A DNA stretch of 64,000 bases from an uncultured Acidimicrobiales bacterium (GCA_937976305.1 CALJSB010000041.1:16150-80149); one strand, 5' to 3'; positions 18,302 through 28,256 are shown, numbered from the stretch's first letter. Program-made: numbers and translations. Notes: generated from the letters alone by a model not told the origin.

Positions 18302-18322
18302 TCAGCTCGGGGACTTCACACC

Positions 18323-19114
18323 ATGAGCACTTCGCCGCCCGTTCTGTTGATTACCGGCGCGGCGGGGAACATCGGGCGGGCTGTTGCCACCCACGCTGCG
18401 GCTGACTTCCGTCTGGTGTTGGCCGATCACCCCGATGCGTCTGTCGAACTCCAGGCGACAGCGGAGGCCTGTGGGGCCAGCGTCGATGTTCGCCTTGCCA
18501 GCTTTGACGTCACCGATGCCGAAGCCGTGGGTCGTGAATTGTCGGCGTCAACGGTGGCGATGGGTGCGCCGAATGCAGTCTTCAACAATGCGGGCTATCA
18601 AGGCTTGTTTCAAAACATCGCCGACTACGACGTCGCCGACCTCAAGAACGTGCTCGCTGTCAACGTCGAGGGCGTCTTCAACGTGCTGCAGGCGGCAGCA
18701 CGCGAGATGCGGTCGGCTGGTTCCGGTGGCTCGATCGTCAACATGGCCTCGATGGCGGGTGTGAGCGGGGCGCCCAACATGCCCGCCTACTCGGCGTCCA
18801 AAGCTGCCGTCATCGGTCTCACCAAGGCAACGTCGAAAGATCTCGCAGCCGACGGCATCCGTGTGAACGCCGTGAGTCCTGGTTTCATCGGTCCCGGCGT
18901 CATGTGGGACAAACAAGTGAACGCTCAGGCGGAGACCGCAAGCATCTACTTCGATGACGATCCACATGTCGTCGCTCAGCAGATGATCGGTTCGGTGCCT
19001 CTGCGTCGTTACGGTTCGCTGGCCGAGGTCGCTCAGACAGTGATGTTTTTGCTCTCCGACGCGTCGTCGTTCCTCACCGGTATCAATATCGAGATCTCCG
19101 GCGGCGGGGCATAG
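18323..19114 (+). CDS. SDR oxidoreductase, xylitol dehydrogenase-like
   Basis: TGAAGNIG, NNAGYQG, YSASK. The C-terminal PG..GPGVMWDKQV...YFDDDPHVVAQQMIGSVPLRRYG closely matches my recollection of Gluconobacter xylitol dehydrogenase. Confidence 0.8.
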   Translation: MSTSPPVLLITGAAGNIGRAVATHAAADFRLVLADHPDASVELQATAEACGASVDVRLASFDVTDAEAVGRELSASTVAMGAPNAVFNNAGYQGLFQNIADYDVADLKNVLAVNVEGVFNVLQAAAREMRSAGSGGSIVNMASMAGVSGAPNMPAYSASKAAVIGLTKATSKDLAADGIRVNAVSPGFIGPGVMWDKQVNAQAETASIYFDDDPHVVAQQMIGSVPLRRYGSLAEVAQTVMFLLSDASSFLTGINIEISGGGA

Positions 19115-19142
19115 CGTCCCAGTCTCGCCTCCCGCCATTACC

Positions 19143-21458
19143 GTGTCGTTGGTGGGTACACGGGCCGCGATCGTGGGCGAATCGATTCTCCGGGGTGCAG
19201 CGCTGGCTATCTTCGCCGTCGTCAGCGTCTTTGCGGTTCCGGCAGCTGCTCAGGACAACGTTTCGTGCGAATCCGTGTGGACGGATCGTGGCGATGTCGA
19301 CGTCGATGCCATTCGTGCCGCAATCAGCGATCTTCCGCCCGAGGCCGACTGGGTGGTTCGGGCCTACGACGACACCAGTTCTGACGGCATCGACATCGTG
19401 CTCGACGATCTCATCGCGGCCTGTTTCGCCGACGGGCCGAGCGGCCGACAAGCCGACCTCGTCGTCATCGCTGTGAGCGTTGGCGAGCGAGAGACGCGCA
19501 TCGTCTGGGGCGGTCTGTGGGACGTCGAGCTCTCAAACGGAGCGCAAGCCGTCAGCGATGGGCCAATGGCCGATCAGTTCCGCAACGGCGACTTCACGGC
19601 GGGGCTGGTTGCTGGGCTGGACGGAACCGCCGAGTTGCTGCGGCCGGCCATCGACGGGGTTGACGAACCGTCGGTTCCGCTCGACGACGGCGAGTCTGGT
19701 GAAACGTCGACCCCTGCGGCCGGCGACGACGGGAGCGCGACCGAGCTGCCGGCCGGCGTGGTGCTCGGAGGCCTCGGTGCCGCAGCATTGCTGGGCGTCG
19801 GTGGCGTGGCGGTGAACAAGCGCCGCAAGCTCACGGCGCTTCGAAATGACCTCGAGGCCAAGGCCGAGCGTCCTCGGGTCGATGTTGGTGTTGCTCGAGA
19901 GCGATCGGCTCTGTTGATGAAGCAGAGTGAGCTCTGGGAGCCGGTCCTCGCCGGCCGGACATTGGACGATGTGCGGCAGGGGCGACACGAAGTGCGGTCC
20001 GGGAGCATCGAACTCGAGCGGGCAGCATCGCTGTTCCGTCAGTCCGTGCCGAACGGGATCGCTCATGCTGACCGAACGCAAATCAGCGAGGGTCATTCCC
20101 GTCTCGACGAGTTGGCATCGACGATCGAGCAGTTCGACGAGTCGCTTGCTCGGCTCACGCACCTCGGAGATCGGCTTGATCGGCTGCGAGTCTCTCTGCC
20201 CGAGAAGCACGATCTTCTGGCCGAGGAGCTCATCGATGTCGTCCAGCTCGGAGAGAGCCGCCGCTCCGAAGGCTGGGTGGTCGATCCGATCGTCGCCGAG
20301 GTGACAGCGGCGTCGGCTCGTCACGCCGGCGTCCACCTCGACGAGTTCGCGCTCGATCTCATCTCACTGTCCGAAGAAGTCGAGTCGATCGAGAATCAGC
20401 TGTTCAGTGCTCGTCACGATCTGCAGACCCTGCCCGATCGTCTTGTTGGGATTCGGGACTGGGCGGAGCGGTTGTCGCAGGCCGAGGCTGCGGAAGTCGA
20501 GCGCACGACAGCCACACACCGCCGGTTCTCTGATCTTGCCCAGGTGCACGCACCGGAGAGTTGGAACGCCCTGTCGGAGCACACCAGCGAAGCAGCACGG
20601 CTGCTCGAGGTTGCATCACGCCACCGAGCTTCCGCAATCGACGATGTCGTACCCCGGCAAGACTGGGATGCGGCGTCTGCTCTCCTCGAAGAGTCGGGTT
20701 TGGCTCAGATGGAGGCTGATCGGCTGCTGGACGAACTAGACGTGCTGTTTGTCGACCTCGAAGCTGCTCACGCGGAGGCTGATGGTCTGCTCGCCAACGC
20801 GACGTCGGAATTGCGAGGGTTTGCCTCGTTCGTCGATCAGCACCGCACCGATCTCGATACGTCCTATCGGGGCATGGTGAGCGAGGCCGAGAATGCGATT
20901 CGTGGCCTGACCCAAGAGTTGCGGCAACGGCGACCCAACTACTTGTTGGTTGCCCAGACTGCCACCCGGCTCTCCCACAACATCGACGCCCGGTTGTACG
21001 AGGCGCAGGTCGAACAAGAGCAGGTCGAAGCACTTCGCCGCGAGGTAGCCCGCCAGACCGCACGTGCGGCCCGTGCCGTCCGTCGAGCGGGCTCGGCGAA
21101 GGGGTTTGAACTCATCGCGTCGAGGGAGGGCCGCCTCTTGGAGGAGCTCGAGGCCGACCTGCGCTCGCTACAGCGGACGAACGTCGCCAACGTGACAGCC
21201 GAGAACCTCGAACAGCTTGTGCGTCGCGCCGAAGACGTCGCTGATGACGCAGTGCGTATTCGCGAACGCATCATCGCTCGTCGACGTCGGAACAACACCT
21301 GGATCATCGTCGGCGGAAGCGGTGGCTTCGGCGGCGGCAGTGGCGGAAGCAGCCGTTCCAGCGGCGGCTTTGGTGGCGGCGGTGGTGGTGGTTTCGGCGG
21401 ATTCGGTGGCGGTGGTGGCGGCAGCTTCGGCGGTGGCTCGGCCGGCGGTAGCTGGTAA
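19143..21458 (+). CDS. TPM (DUF477-like) domain membrane protein with long coiled-coil and Gly-rich tail
   Basis: Signal peptide, then LVVIAVSVGERETRI..G...MADQFRNGDFTAGL (TPM-like), one TM, a long helical region, and a GGFGGG...AGGSW terminus. Confidence 0.8.
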   Translation: MSLVGTRAAIVGESILRGAALAIFAVVSVFAVPAAAQDNVSCESVWTDRGDVDVDAIRAAISDLPPEADWVVRAYDDTSSDGIDIVLDDLIAACFADGPSGRQADLVVIAVSVGERETRIVWGGLWDVELSNGAQAVSDGPMADQFRNGDFTAGLVAGLDGTAELLRPAIDGVDEPSVPLDDGESGETSTPAAGDDGSATELPAGVVLGGLGAAALLGVGGVAVNKRRKLTALRNDLEAKAERPRVDVGVARERSALLMKQSELWEPVLAGRTLDDVRQGRHEVRSGSIELERAASLFRQSVPNGIAHADRTQISEGHSRLDELASTIEQFDESLARLTHLGDRLDRLRVSLPEKHDLLAEELIDVVQLGESRRSEGWVVDPIVAEVTAASARHAGVHLDEFALDLISLSEEVESIENQLFSARHDLQTLPDRLVGIRDWAERLSQAEAAEVERTTATHRRFSDLAQVHAPESWNALSEHTSEAARLLEVASRHRASAIDDVVPRQDWDAASALLEESGLAQMEADRLLDELDVLFVDLEAAHAEADGLLANATSELRGFASFVDQHRTDLDTSYRGMVSEAENAIRGLTQELRQRRPNYLLVAQTATRLSHNIDARLYEAQVEQEQVEALRREVARQTARAARAVRRAGSAKGFELIASREGRLLEELEADLRSLQRTNVANVTAENLEQLVRRAEDVADDAVRIRERIIARRRRNNTWIIVGGSGGFGGGSGGSSRSSGGFGGGGGGGFGGFGGGGGGSFGGGSAGGSW

Positions 21459-21463
21459 GCCGA

Positions 21464-22600
21464 CTAGGAACGCTTGGTTGTGCGCTTCGCCAGACGACGC
21501 TGGTTGCGTTCGATCGCCAGGTCGACGAGTTCGTCAATGAGGTCGGAGTAGCTCAGCCCTGAGGCCTCCCACAGCTTCGGATACATCGAGATCGGTGTGA
21601 ATCCGGGAATGGTGTTGACCTCGTTGAGCAGCGGACCGCGACCGTCGTCCTCATAGAAGAAGTCGACCCGAGCCATTCCCTCGACCCGAAGGTGTCGATA
21701 CACCGCAAGAGCGAGCTGCTGAAGTTCGGCTGCGACACCATCAGGGAGATCGGCAGGGATCCGGTTGGTCGACTTGCCGTCGAGGTACTTGTCCTCGTAG
21801 CTGTAGAAATCGTCGGCTGGGATGATCTCGCCGGGGACGGACACTCGTGGCTCGTGGTTGCCGAGCACAGCCAGCTCGATCTCTCGGCCGGTCACGTTCT
21901 CTTCGATGACAACCCATTCGTCGAAACGGAGTGCAAGATCGATCGCCGCGAGCAACTCGTCCTTTGTGGTTGCCTTGCTGACGCCCACCGACGAACCCAT
22001 GTTGGCGGGCTTGACGAAACACGGCAGACCGAGGTCGTCGATGATCGCATCGAGCTCGGCGCCGATGTCATTTTCTTGGCTGGTGTCAGTGTCGTTCGTC
22101 GGCCACTGGTATTCATTGAATGCTCGCCAACGAGCCTGAGGTACGCCGAATGCGGCCAGGAGTTCTTTCGACTTGGCCTTGTCCATGCTGAGGGCCGAGC
22201 TCAGTACCCCGGCTCCGACGTACGGCACGCCGGAGAGTTCGAGAAGTCCCTGCATGGTGCCGTCCTCGCCGAGGGGGCCGTGAAACAGCGGCAGAACGAC
22301 AACTTGCTGGGACGGGTCATCGGTTGACGTGACGGGCGCCAGATCGGTTGCGGTGCCCTCGGGGCTGAGCTGGGGCGGGAGAGATCTGTTGCCGTCGTCG
22401 AGGATGGCGCGGGCTTCATCAGCAAGGGCCCACTGTCCATCGCGGCTGATGCCAACCGGGACGAGTTCGTAACGATCAGGGTTCGCGGCACCGAGCACAT
22501 GGGTCGCCGTCGTGCACGAGACGTCATGTTCAGCCGATTGACCGCCAAAGAGCACGACGAGTCGGATCCGAGGCTCGTTGGAATCGCCAGGCTCAGTCAC
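21464..22600 (-). CDS. ddl: D-alanine--D-alanine ligase
   Basis: LFGGQSAEHDVS, HGPLGEDG, SMDK, FVKPANMGSSVG, FYSYEDKY, NEVNTIPGFT. Confidence 0.98.
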   Translation of the reverse strand: MTEPGDSNEPRIRLVVLFGGQSAEHDVSCTTATHVLGAANPDRYELVPVGISRDGQWALADEARAILDDGNRSLPPQLSPEGTATDLAPVTSTDDPSQQVVVLPLFHGPLGEDGTMQGLLELSGVPYVGAGVLSSALSMDKAKSKELLAAFGVPQARWRAFNEYQWPTNDTDTSQENDIGAELDAIIDDLGLPCFVKPANMGSSVGVSKATTKDELLAAIDLALRFDEWVVIEENVTGREIELAVLGNHEPRVSVPGEIIPADDFYSYEDKYLDGKSTNRIPADLPDGVAAELQQLALAVYRHLRVEGMARVDFFYEDDGRGPLLNEVNTIPGFTPISMYPKLWEASGLSYSDLIDELVDLAIERNQRRLAKRTTKRS

Positions 22601-22665
22601 GACAGCTGAGGATACTGCTGGTTGGTTGGCACCGCCCGCCGGTAAATCCCGACTACACCAGTGTT

Positions 22666-23982
22666 GTGCAGTTCACGTTGTCCGATATCGCAACCGCCCT
22701 CGGCGGCGAACTCTGTGGTGCCGCCGACCTGACTGTGACGTCGACGAGCATCGATTCCCGCAATGTCGCCGCCGGGGCTTTGTTTGTCCCGATTGTTGCT
22801 GAGCGAGACGGCCACGAGTTCATCGAAGCCGCGCTGCAGTCCGGGGCAGCCGCCCACCTCACGAGCACCCGTGAGCACATCACCGGTCCCGCCGTGTTGG
22901 TTGACGACACCAGCGAGGCACTACTGCAGCTCGGGCGAGCAGCCCGACATCGGGTGCCCGATCGAGTCATTGGGATCACGGGTTCGGTCGGCAAGACATC
23001 GGTGAAAGACCTTGTCGCGTCAGCGATCGGTGCCGGAGCAAGAACGCACGCCAATCCAGCGTCGTTCAACAACGAGCTGGGGTGCCCACTCACACTGGCC
23101 AATGCCCCCGACGACGTCGAGGTGGTGGTTGTCGAGATGGGGGCTCGTGGTCTCGGGCACATCTCGTCGCTTTGCGAGGTTGCCAGGCCAACAGTTGGCA
23201 TCGTCACCCGGGTTGCGGAGGCCCATACCGAGCTCTTCGGCTCCATCGACGGCGTGGCGGAGGGAAAGGGCGAGCTCATCGAGGCGTTGCCCGCAAACGG
23301 AACTGCGATTCTCAATGCCGACGACGACAGGGTCGCCGCCATGGCCAGCCGGGCGCAGTGCCGGGTGATGACCTTCGGCATGTCAAAGGGCGACTTGCGC
23401 GTCGCGAACCTCGAGCTCGACGACCAGCTCCGTCCCGCGTTTGTCCTCGAGACTCCGCTCGGCTCGCGAGCGGTCCATTTGCAGGTCGCAGGGGCTCACA
23501 TGGCCGTCAACAGCGCCGCCGCCGTGGCCTCAGCGCTTGCCGTCGGGCTCGATCTCGACACGGCACTCCTCGGGCTCGAACGAGCAACGCTCTCAGATCA
23601 TCGCATGCAAATGGTCGAGCTCTCGAGTGGAGCGATCGTGATCAACGATGCGTACAACGCCAACCCGACCTCGATGCGGGCCGGAATCGAAGGGCTCCTT
23701 GCTCTCCCAAACGAACGCAAGACCATGGTCGTTGGCCTGATGGCCGAGCTCGGCGAAAACGGCGATGAGTCCCACCGAGAGATCGCGGCCGAGGCAACAG
23801 CGGCCGGTATCCGAGTGATCGCGGTCGCCGCGCCGGTATATGGCCCTGAGGTCGAACACGTCGCCGACACAGCCGAGGTAGTGGCGATGATCGGCGAACT
23901 CGGGCCTGAGGATGGCCTGCTGGTCAAGGGAAGCCGAGTGGCTGCGCTTGAACGGGTTGTTGCTGCGTTGCAGGGCGGTTGA
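22666..23982 (+). CDS. murF: UDP-N-acetylmuramoyl-tripeptide--D-alanyl-D-alanine ligase
   Basis: IDSR, DGHEF, GITGSVGKTSVK, SFNNELG, VEMG, INDAYNANP, LVKGSR. Confidence 0.97.
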   Translation: MQFTLSDIATALGGELCGAADLTVTSTSIDSRNVAAGALFVPIVAERDGHEFIEAALQSGAAAHLTSTREHITGPAVLVDDTSEALLQLGRAARHRVPDRVIGITGSVGKTSVKDLVASAIGAGARTHANPASFNNELGCPLTLANAPDDVEVVVVEMGARGLGHISSLCEVARPTVGIVTRVAEAHTELFGSIDGVAEGKGELIEALPANGTAILNADDDRVAAMASRAQCRVMTFGMSKGDLRVANLELDDQLRPAFVLETPLGSRAVHLQVAGAHMAVNSAAAVASALAVGLDLDTALLGLERATLSDHRMQMVELSSGAIVINDAYNANPTSMRAGIEGLLALPNERKTMVVGLMAELGENGDESHREIAAEATAAGIRVIAVAAPVYGPEVEHVADTAEVVAMIGELGPEDGLLVKGSRVAALERVVAALQGG

Positions 23983-24109
23983 GATCCCACGTTCGGAGGT
24001 CCACCGCGCCTAGGTTCGGCCCCCATGCACGGCGCCACATCTCGACCTCACTTTTCTGATTCGGCTGTTTCGACTTCCGCCGTTACAACGTCAACCGCGG
24101 GTCCGAAGG

Positions 24110-24129
24110 CTCAGGGGTGCACCCCTGAG
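24110..24129. promoter_or_regulatory. Perfect 20-bp palindrome upstream of the microprotein-menA operon
   Basis: CTCAGGGGTGCACCCCTGAG, with no spacer. Flanked by TCCGAAG/CTTCGGA. Confidence 0.6.
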
Positions 24130-24144
24130 TACAGCCGCTTCGGA

Positions 24145-24243
24145 GTGTTCGAGGAGTGTCCACATTGTGGCGGTTCGATGTCTCCCGAACATGCTCACTA
24201 CCGTTGCACGTCGTGTGGATGGCGAGACTCCTGCTGCGACTGA
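24145..24243 (+). CDS. 32-aa CPxCG zinc-finger microprotein
   Basis: GTG start gives MFEECPHCGGSMSPEHAHYRCTSCGWRDSCCD (two CxxC plus CC). Stop is 1 nt before the menA start. The upstream extension in the ORF track is probably non-coding. Confidence 0.7.
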   Translation: MFEECPHCGGSMSPEHAHYRCTSCGWRDSCCD

Positions 24244-24244
24244 C

Positions 24245-25105
24245 GTGAAGCGATGGATTCTTGGCGCCCGCCCCAAGACGCTGCCGGCTGCTGTGGTCCC
24301 CGTCGCGGTTGGCACGGCCGCCGTTGCTGACAACGACATCATCTGGTGGCGAGCTGCGGCAGCCCTGCTTGTGTCGCTGGCACTGCAAATCGCTACCAAC
24401 TACGTGAACGACTATGCCGATGGCGAGCGGGGCACCGACGATGATCGTGTCGGGCCGGTTCGGCTCGTCGGCTCCGGGCTGGCCTCGGCCAAGTCGGTCA
24501 AGATTGCCGCATTGATGGCGTTCGGTGTTGCCGGTGCTGCTGGGGGACTCCTTGCCCTGGCTGTCGGGCCTGAGTTGTTTGTCGTTGGTGCCGTCTCGAT
24601 GCTTGCCGGCTGGGCCTACACCGGAGGACCGAAGCCATACGGATACCTCGGCCTTGGTGAGGTGTTTGTGTTTGTGTTCTTCGGTGTTGTGGCAACGGCG
24701 GGAAGCGCATACGTGCAGACCGAGACACTCGATGGCCTGGCGCTCTTGGCGTCTGTCCCTGTCGGAGTTCTCGCCGTCGCACTGCTTGTCATCAACAATC
24801 TCCGAGATATCCCAGGCGACACCACGTCTGGCAAACAGACGCTCGCAGTGCGTATCGGTGATGCCAAGACACGACAGCTCTACGTCGGGTTGTACCTCCT
24901 CGCTGCGGCGGTGACGGTGGCGGTGGCAGCGACTCGCCCATTCGCGGCCTTGGCTCTGCTGGGTCTTGCGACTGCGGTCGTGCCCGCCAAGACGGTTCGC
25001 TCTGGCGCATTGGGCGCCGACCTGATTCCCGTGCTTGGTCAGACCGGCAGGACGCAGATGGTGACCGGCCTCCTGCTGGCGTTGGGGCTGGCGCTGGCCG
25101 CCTAG
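24245..25105 (+). CDS. menA: 1,4-dihydroxy-2-naphthoate polyprenyltransferase
   Basis: WILGARPKTL, NYVNDYADGERGTD, YTGGPKPYGYLGLGE, NNLRDIPGD..SGKQTLAV. Confidence 0.96.
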   Translation: MKRWILGARPKTLPAAVVPVAVGTAAVADNDIIWWRAAAALLVSLALQIATNYVNDYADGERGTDDDRVGPVRLVGSGLASAKSVKIAALMAFGVAGAAGGLLALAVGPELFVVGAVSMLAGWAYTGGPKPYGYLGLGEVFVFVFFGVVATAGSAYVQTETLDGLALLASVPVGVLAVALLVINNLRDIPGDTTSGKQTLAVRIGDAKTRQLYVGLYLLAAAVTVAVAATRPFAALALLGLATAVVPAKTVRSGALGADLIPVLGQTGRTQMVTGLLLALGLALAA

Positions 25106-25160
25106 GGCGTTGCTGAGAGCCGCATTGCCCACACGGTCATTTCTGGCTTGAACCTGCCGA

Positions 25161-26075
25161 TTGAGCAATGTGGTGTCAACGCATGCACACGAACCAGTGG
25201 GAACCAGCGGTAGCTCTGGCCCATCGCGCATGCGCAACAAAAAGCAGGAGGAGATCCTGCGGATGATCGAGGGATACGACTCGATCGAGACCCTCTCTGC
25301 TGCGATGTCAACTGTGTTCTTGGTGTGGTTGTTGCCGGCGTTGGGTGCGCTGTTCATCGCCTTCGCCGGGTTCAGCGCCGGTACGGATCCAGATGCTGCA
25401 GTAAACGTCCAACAGATGACGCAGACGCTCCAAGTGGCCGAGGGAGTGCTCGGCTTCTTCACGGTGTGTCTGTTCGTCTACTGGGCAATTCGAGCCCGCG
25501 AGAACATTCGACGCCTTGGCAAGTCAAGCAAGATTGGTCTCGGCCGAATTTTCCTTCGCCACTGCGGCGCAGTCCTTGTCGCGGTTGCAGCTTTCGTGGT
25601 GGCCGTACTCGTCCCGTCGCTCCAGGTGGCCGGCTTTGTCGTCGGTGTCCTTGCGTTGGTGTGGTTCAGCCTGATGTTCAACATGATGGCGTTTGCGACC
25701 ATGCAGAAGCTGTGGCGTACCTCATCGCAGCCGACGGGATCCGAAGACGAACTTCCAAGTCTCGGGTTCGCTTGGCTCGTGTCGTGGGTGGTGGCCGGTT
25801 GGACGCTCGGTTCCGCTCGACCCCACGACGACGGAATGGCGATGGACATTGGAACCGAGGCGATCCTGCTTGCCGTGCACGGGTTTGCCCTTGGTATCGC
25901 TGCGGTGTCAGTCGCATTGCTCGTGAGGCAGGTGGCGGCCCGGCAAGAGAGCCGTCTGGGTGCCATCATCGCCTACGTCGATGTCGATGTCGCAGGTGGG
26001 TCGAGGGCAGTCACCACCGATCAGATCAACAACGCTTGGGAGGCCAGCGGCAATCTGGTCGATTTCAATCGCTAG
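25161..26075 (+). CDS. Membrane protein, DUF4328-like
   Basis: Several TM segments. YWAIRARENIRRLG and ...QKLWRTS resemble DUF4328 motifs. Start uncertain. Confidence 0.55.
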   Translation: MSNVVSTHAHEPVGTSGSSGPSRMRNKKQEEILRMIEGYDSIETLSAAMSTVFLVWLLPALGALFIAFAGFSAGTDPDAAVNVQQMTQTLQVAEGVLGFFTVCLFVYWAIRARENIRRLGKSSKIGLGRIFLRHCGAVLVAVAAFVVAVLVPSLQVAGFVVGVLALVWFSLMFNMMAFATMQKLWRTSSQPTGSEDELPSLGFAWLVSWVVAGWTLGSARPHDDGMAMDIGTEAILLAVHGFALGIAAVSVALLVRQVAARQESRLGAIIAYVDVDVAGGSRAVTTDQINNAWEASGNLVDFNR

Positions 26076-27234
26076 TCGCTCGCAAGGGTGATCGTGCGAG
26101 TTGCTGCACCGACAGCAACGCAGCCAGGCTGCTGGCAACGACGATCACCGAGACCCACCTTCGGTCACCCGTGGCCTCGGCGAGCATCCCAGCGGAGAAC
26201 GGGCCAATTGAGCCAGCTAGCAGTAAGGCAGCTCCGTAGAAGCCCATCGTCGCGCCGAGATCGTCTGTGTCGAAGAGTTGGGCGGCCCGCATTCCTTGCA
26301 GCGGACTGAACGCGCCGACGCCAAAGCCGGCAATGAGGGCAAAGGTCACTGCGGTTACAACTTGACCCGACACGACGAGAAGAGCGCCACCGGTTGCCAT
26401 TGACCCGAACGCGAGCATGAGGGAGCGATCAGCGCCGAGTCGTGCGACGAGCGGTGTGAGCGGAAGACGTCCACCGAGCTGGGCCAAACCACGGAAGCCA
26501 GCCATTGCCGCTGCAGTGGTTGCCGGCAGCCCGGCGGTCACCATGATCGGCACCTGGTAGACAAGCATCGTCGACATGGCCACACCGCCAAAGGCGATGG
26601 CGAGAGTGAGCCAGCGAGGCGCTCCCGGGCTGATCGCTCGTCGAACGACGATCGTGAGACTCGGACGTGCGGTTTGAGGAGGCCGCTTGCTCGGCAACAG
26701 CAGTGCTGCGGCCCAGAACGCAATGACGACCGAGGCGGACAGAATTCGGACGGTGCTGCGCCAACCGACCGCGTCGACGAGCCAAGCCGTGATCGGCAGG
26801 AAGATCGCCGAGGCGAGCGCGCCCCAAATGGTGAGCTGGGCAATGGCTCGATCAGAGCCGCCCGGATTCAGGCGGACAGCTGTCGCCATCGTCACGTGAT
26901 AGAAGCCGAGCGCACCACTTGCCCCGAGCCCCACTGCAGCGCCGACAAAGAACACGGTCACCGACGTGGCTGATGCCGCAGCGAGCAGCCCTGCGCCCGA
27001 GATCAAGCCACCGAGCGCGAAAACAACCTGCTGGCCGAATCGGTCGAGCAGTCGACCGCCCGCAAGCGCTGTGAGTCCCACGACGATGGTGCCAGCAGAG
27101 AACGAGGCCGCGAGCGTCGACTCAGACCAGTCGGTATCGGTTCGAATCGGATCGAGGAGAACCCCAAAGGCGTAGTACCACGAGCCGTAGGCGCAGATGG
27201 TCAGGATGCCGAGGAGGGGAACTCCACGGCTCAA
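26065..27234 (-). CDS. MFS transporter
   Basis: About 12 TM and a GRLLDRFG motif A. A TTG start overlaps the upstream TGA (TTGA). Confidence 0.9.
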   Translation of the reverse strand: MSRGVPLLGILTICAYGSWYYAFGVLLDPIRTDTDWSESTLAASFSAGTIVVGLTALAGGRLLDRFGQQVVFALGGLISGAGLLAAASATSVTVFFVGAAVGLGASGALGFYHVTMATAVRLNPGGSDRAIAQLTIWGALASAIFLPITAWLVDAVGWRSTVRILSASVVIAFWAAALLLPSKRPPQTARPSLTIVVRRAISPGAPRWLTLAIAFGGVAMSTMLVYQVPIMVTAGLPATTAAAMAGFRGLAQLGGRLPLTPLVARLGADRSLMLAFGSMATGGALLVVSGQVVTAVTFALIAGFGVGAFSPLQGMRAAQLFDTDDLGATMGFYGAALLLAGSIGPFSAGMLAEATGDRRWVSVIVVASSLAALLSVQQLARSPLRATSD

Positions 27235-28256
27235 CTGACGGCGCCGGCCATCATCTCGAGCAGAGGAGGAGGTCCAGAAACCACAAGTGTGTTGACGACC
27301 GACTCGTCCCACTTTGCCAGTTCGTCTCGGATCTTCTCCGGCGGGCCGACGAGGGCGACATCTTCAACCATCGAGGTGGGAACAGCAGCGATGGCTGCCT
27401 TCTTGTCTCCGGCCAAGTAGAGATTCTGGATCTTGTTGCAGGCGTCTTCGTAGCCCATGCGGCTGAACACGTTGAGGTGAAAGTTCGCCTCCTTTGCGCC
27501 CATGCCGCCGGCGTACAGCGCCAACATTGGGCGAATGGCGTCAGCTGCGACCTCGACGTCGTCATTCGGGACAACAGGCACGACAGCAGCAATGTCGAAG
27601 TTGTCCATCGTGGCGTGAGCGCCCTCGCGGGCAAACCCTTCGTTGAGAGCGTCTTCGTAGAAGGTGTTGTCTTTCGGAGCAAAAAACAACGGGAGCCAGC
27701 CGTCTGCGATCTCGGCCGTCATGGCCACGTTCTTTGGCCCCTCGGCACCGAGGTAGATCGGTATGTCGCTGCGGTAGGGATGCACGGTCGACTTCAGCGG
27801 CTTGCCGAGATCAGCACCGCCTTTGTAGGGAAGGTGGTAGTGCTCGCCGTGGAACTCAACGGGCACGTCGCGGGCAAGAATGGCCCGAATGATCTCGACG
27901 TACTCCCGGGTGCGGGCCAGCGGCTTGGGGTAGGGCATGCCATACCACCCCTCGACCACCTGCGGTCCGGACGCTCCGAGCCCGAGTCGAAATCGGCCGC
28001 CCGAGAGGTGGTCCATGGTCATGGCCGCCATCGCCATCGCTGCAGGCGTGCGAGCCGAGATTTGGCAGATCGAGGTGCCGAGGCCGATGCGCTCGGTCGC
28101 TGCACCCCACCAGGCCAGTGGTGTCAGGGCATCAGAGCCGTACGCCTCCGCTGTCCAGATCGAGTCGTAGCCGAGCTCCTCGGCGGCGGCGATCTGATCG
28201 ACCGCTCCAGCCGGTGGACCTGACGACCAATAACCAACACCGAGCGCAAGTTTCAT
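27231..28256 (-). CDS. LLM-class F420-dependent oxidoreductase (Rv3520c-like)
   Basis: WTAEAYGSDA, QISARTP, RFRLGLGASGPQVVEGWYG, YLGAEGPKN, ADGWLP. Confidence 0.93.
   Translation of the reverse strand: MKLALGVGYWSSGPPAGAVDQIAAAEELGYDSIWTAEAYGSDALTPLAWWGAATERIGLGTSICQISARTPAAMAMAAMTMDHLSGGRFRLGLGASGPQVVEGWYGMPYPKPLARTREYVEIIRAILARDVPVEFHGEHYHLPYKGGADLGKPLKSTVHPYRSDIPIYLGAEGPKNVAMTAEIADGWLPLFFAPKDNTFYEDALNEGFAREGAHATMDNFDIAAVVPVVPNDDVEVAADAIRPMLALYAGGMGAKEANFHLNVFSRMGYEDACNKIQNLYLAGDKKAAIAAVPTSMVEDVALVGPPEKIRDELAKWDESVVNTLVVSGPPPLLEMMAGAVS

Noticed and set aside
21310-21455. Gly-rich low-complexity repeat
   Set aside because: This is the normal C-terminal tail of TPM-domain proteins.
25110-25165. 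TPP riboswitch-like fragments (GCTGAGA...TGAACCTG)
   Set aside because: The downstream conserved core (ATC-GG-TAATGCC-GCG-AGG) is missing and the downstream gene is unrelated to thiamine.
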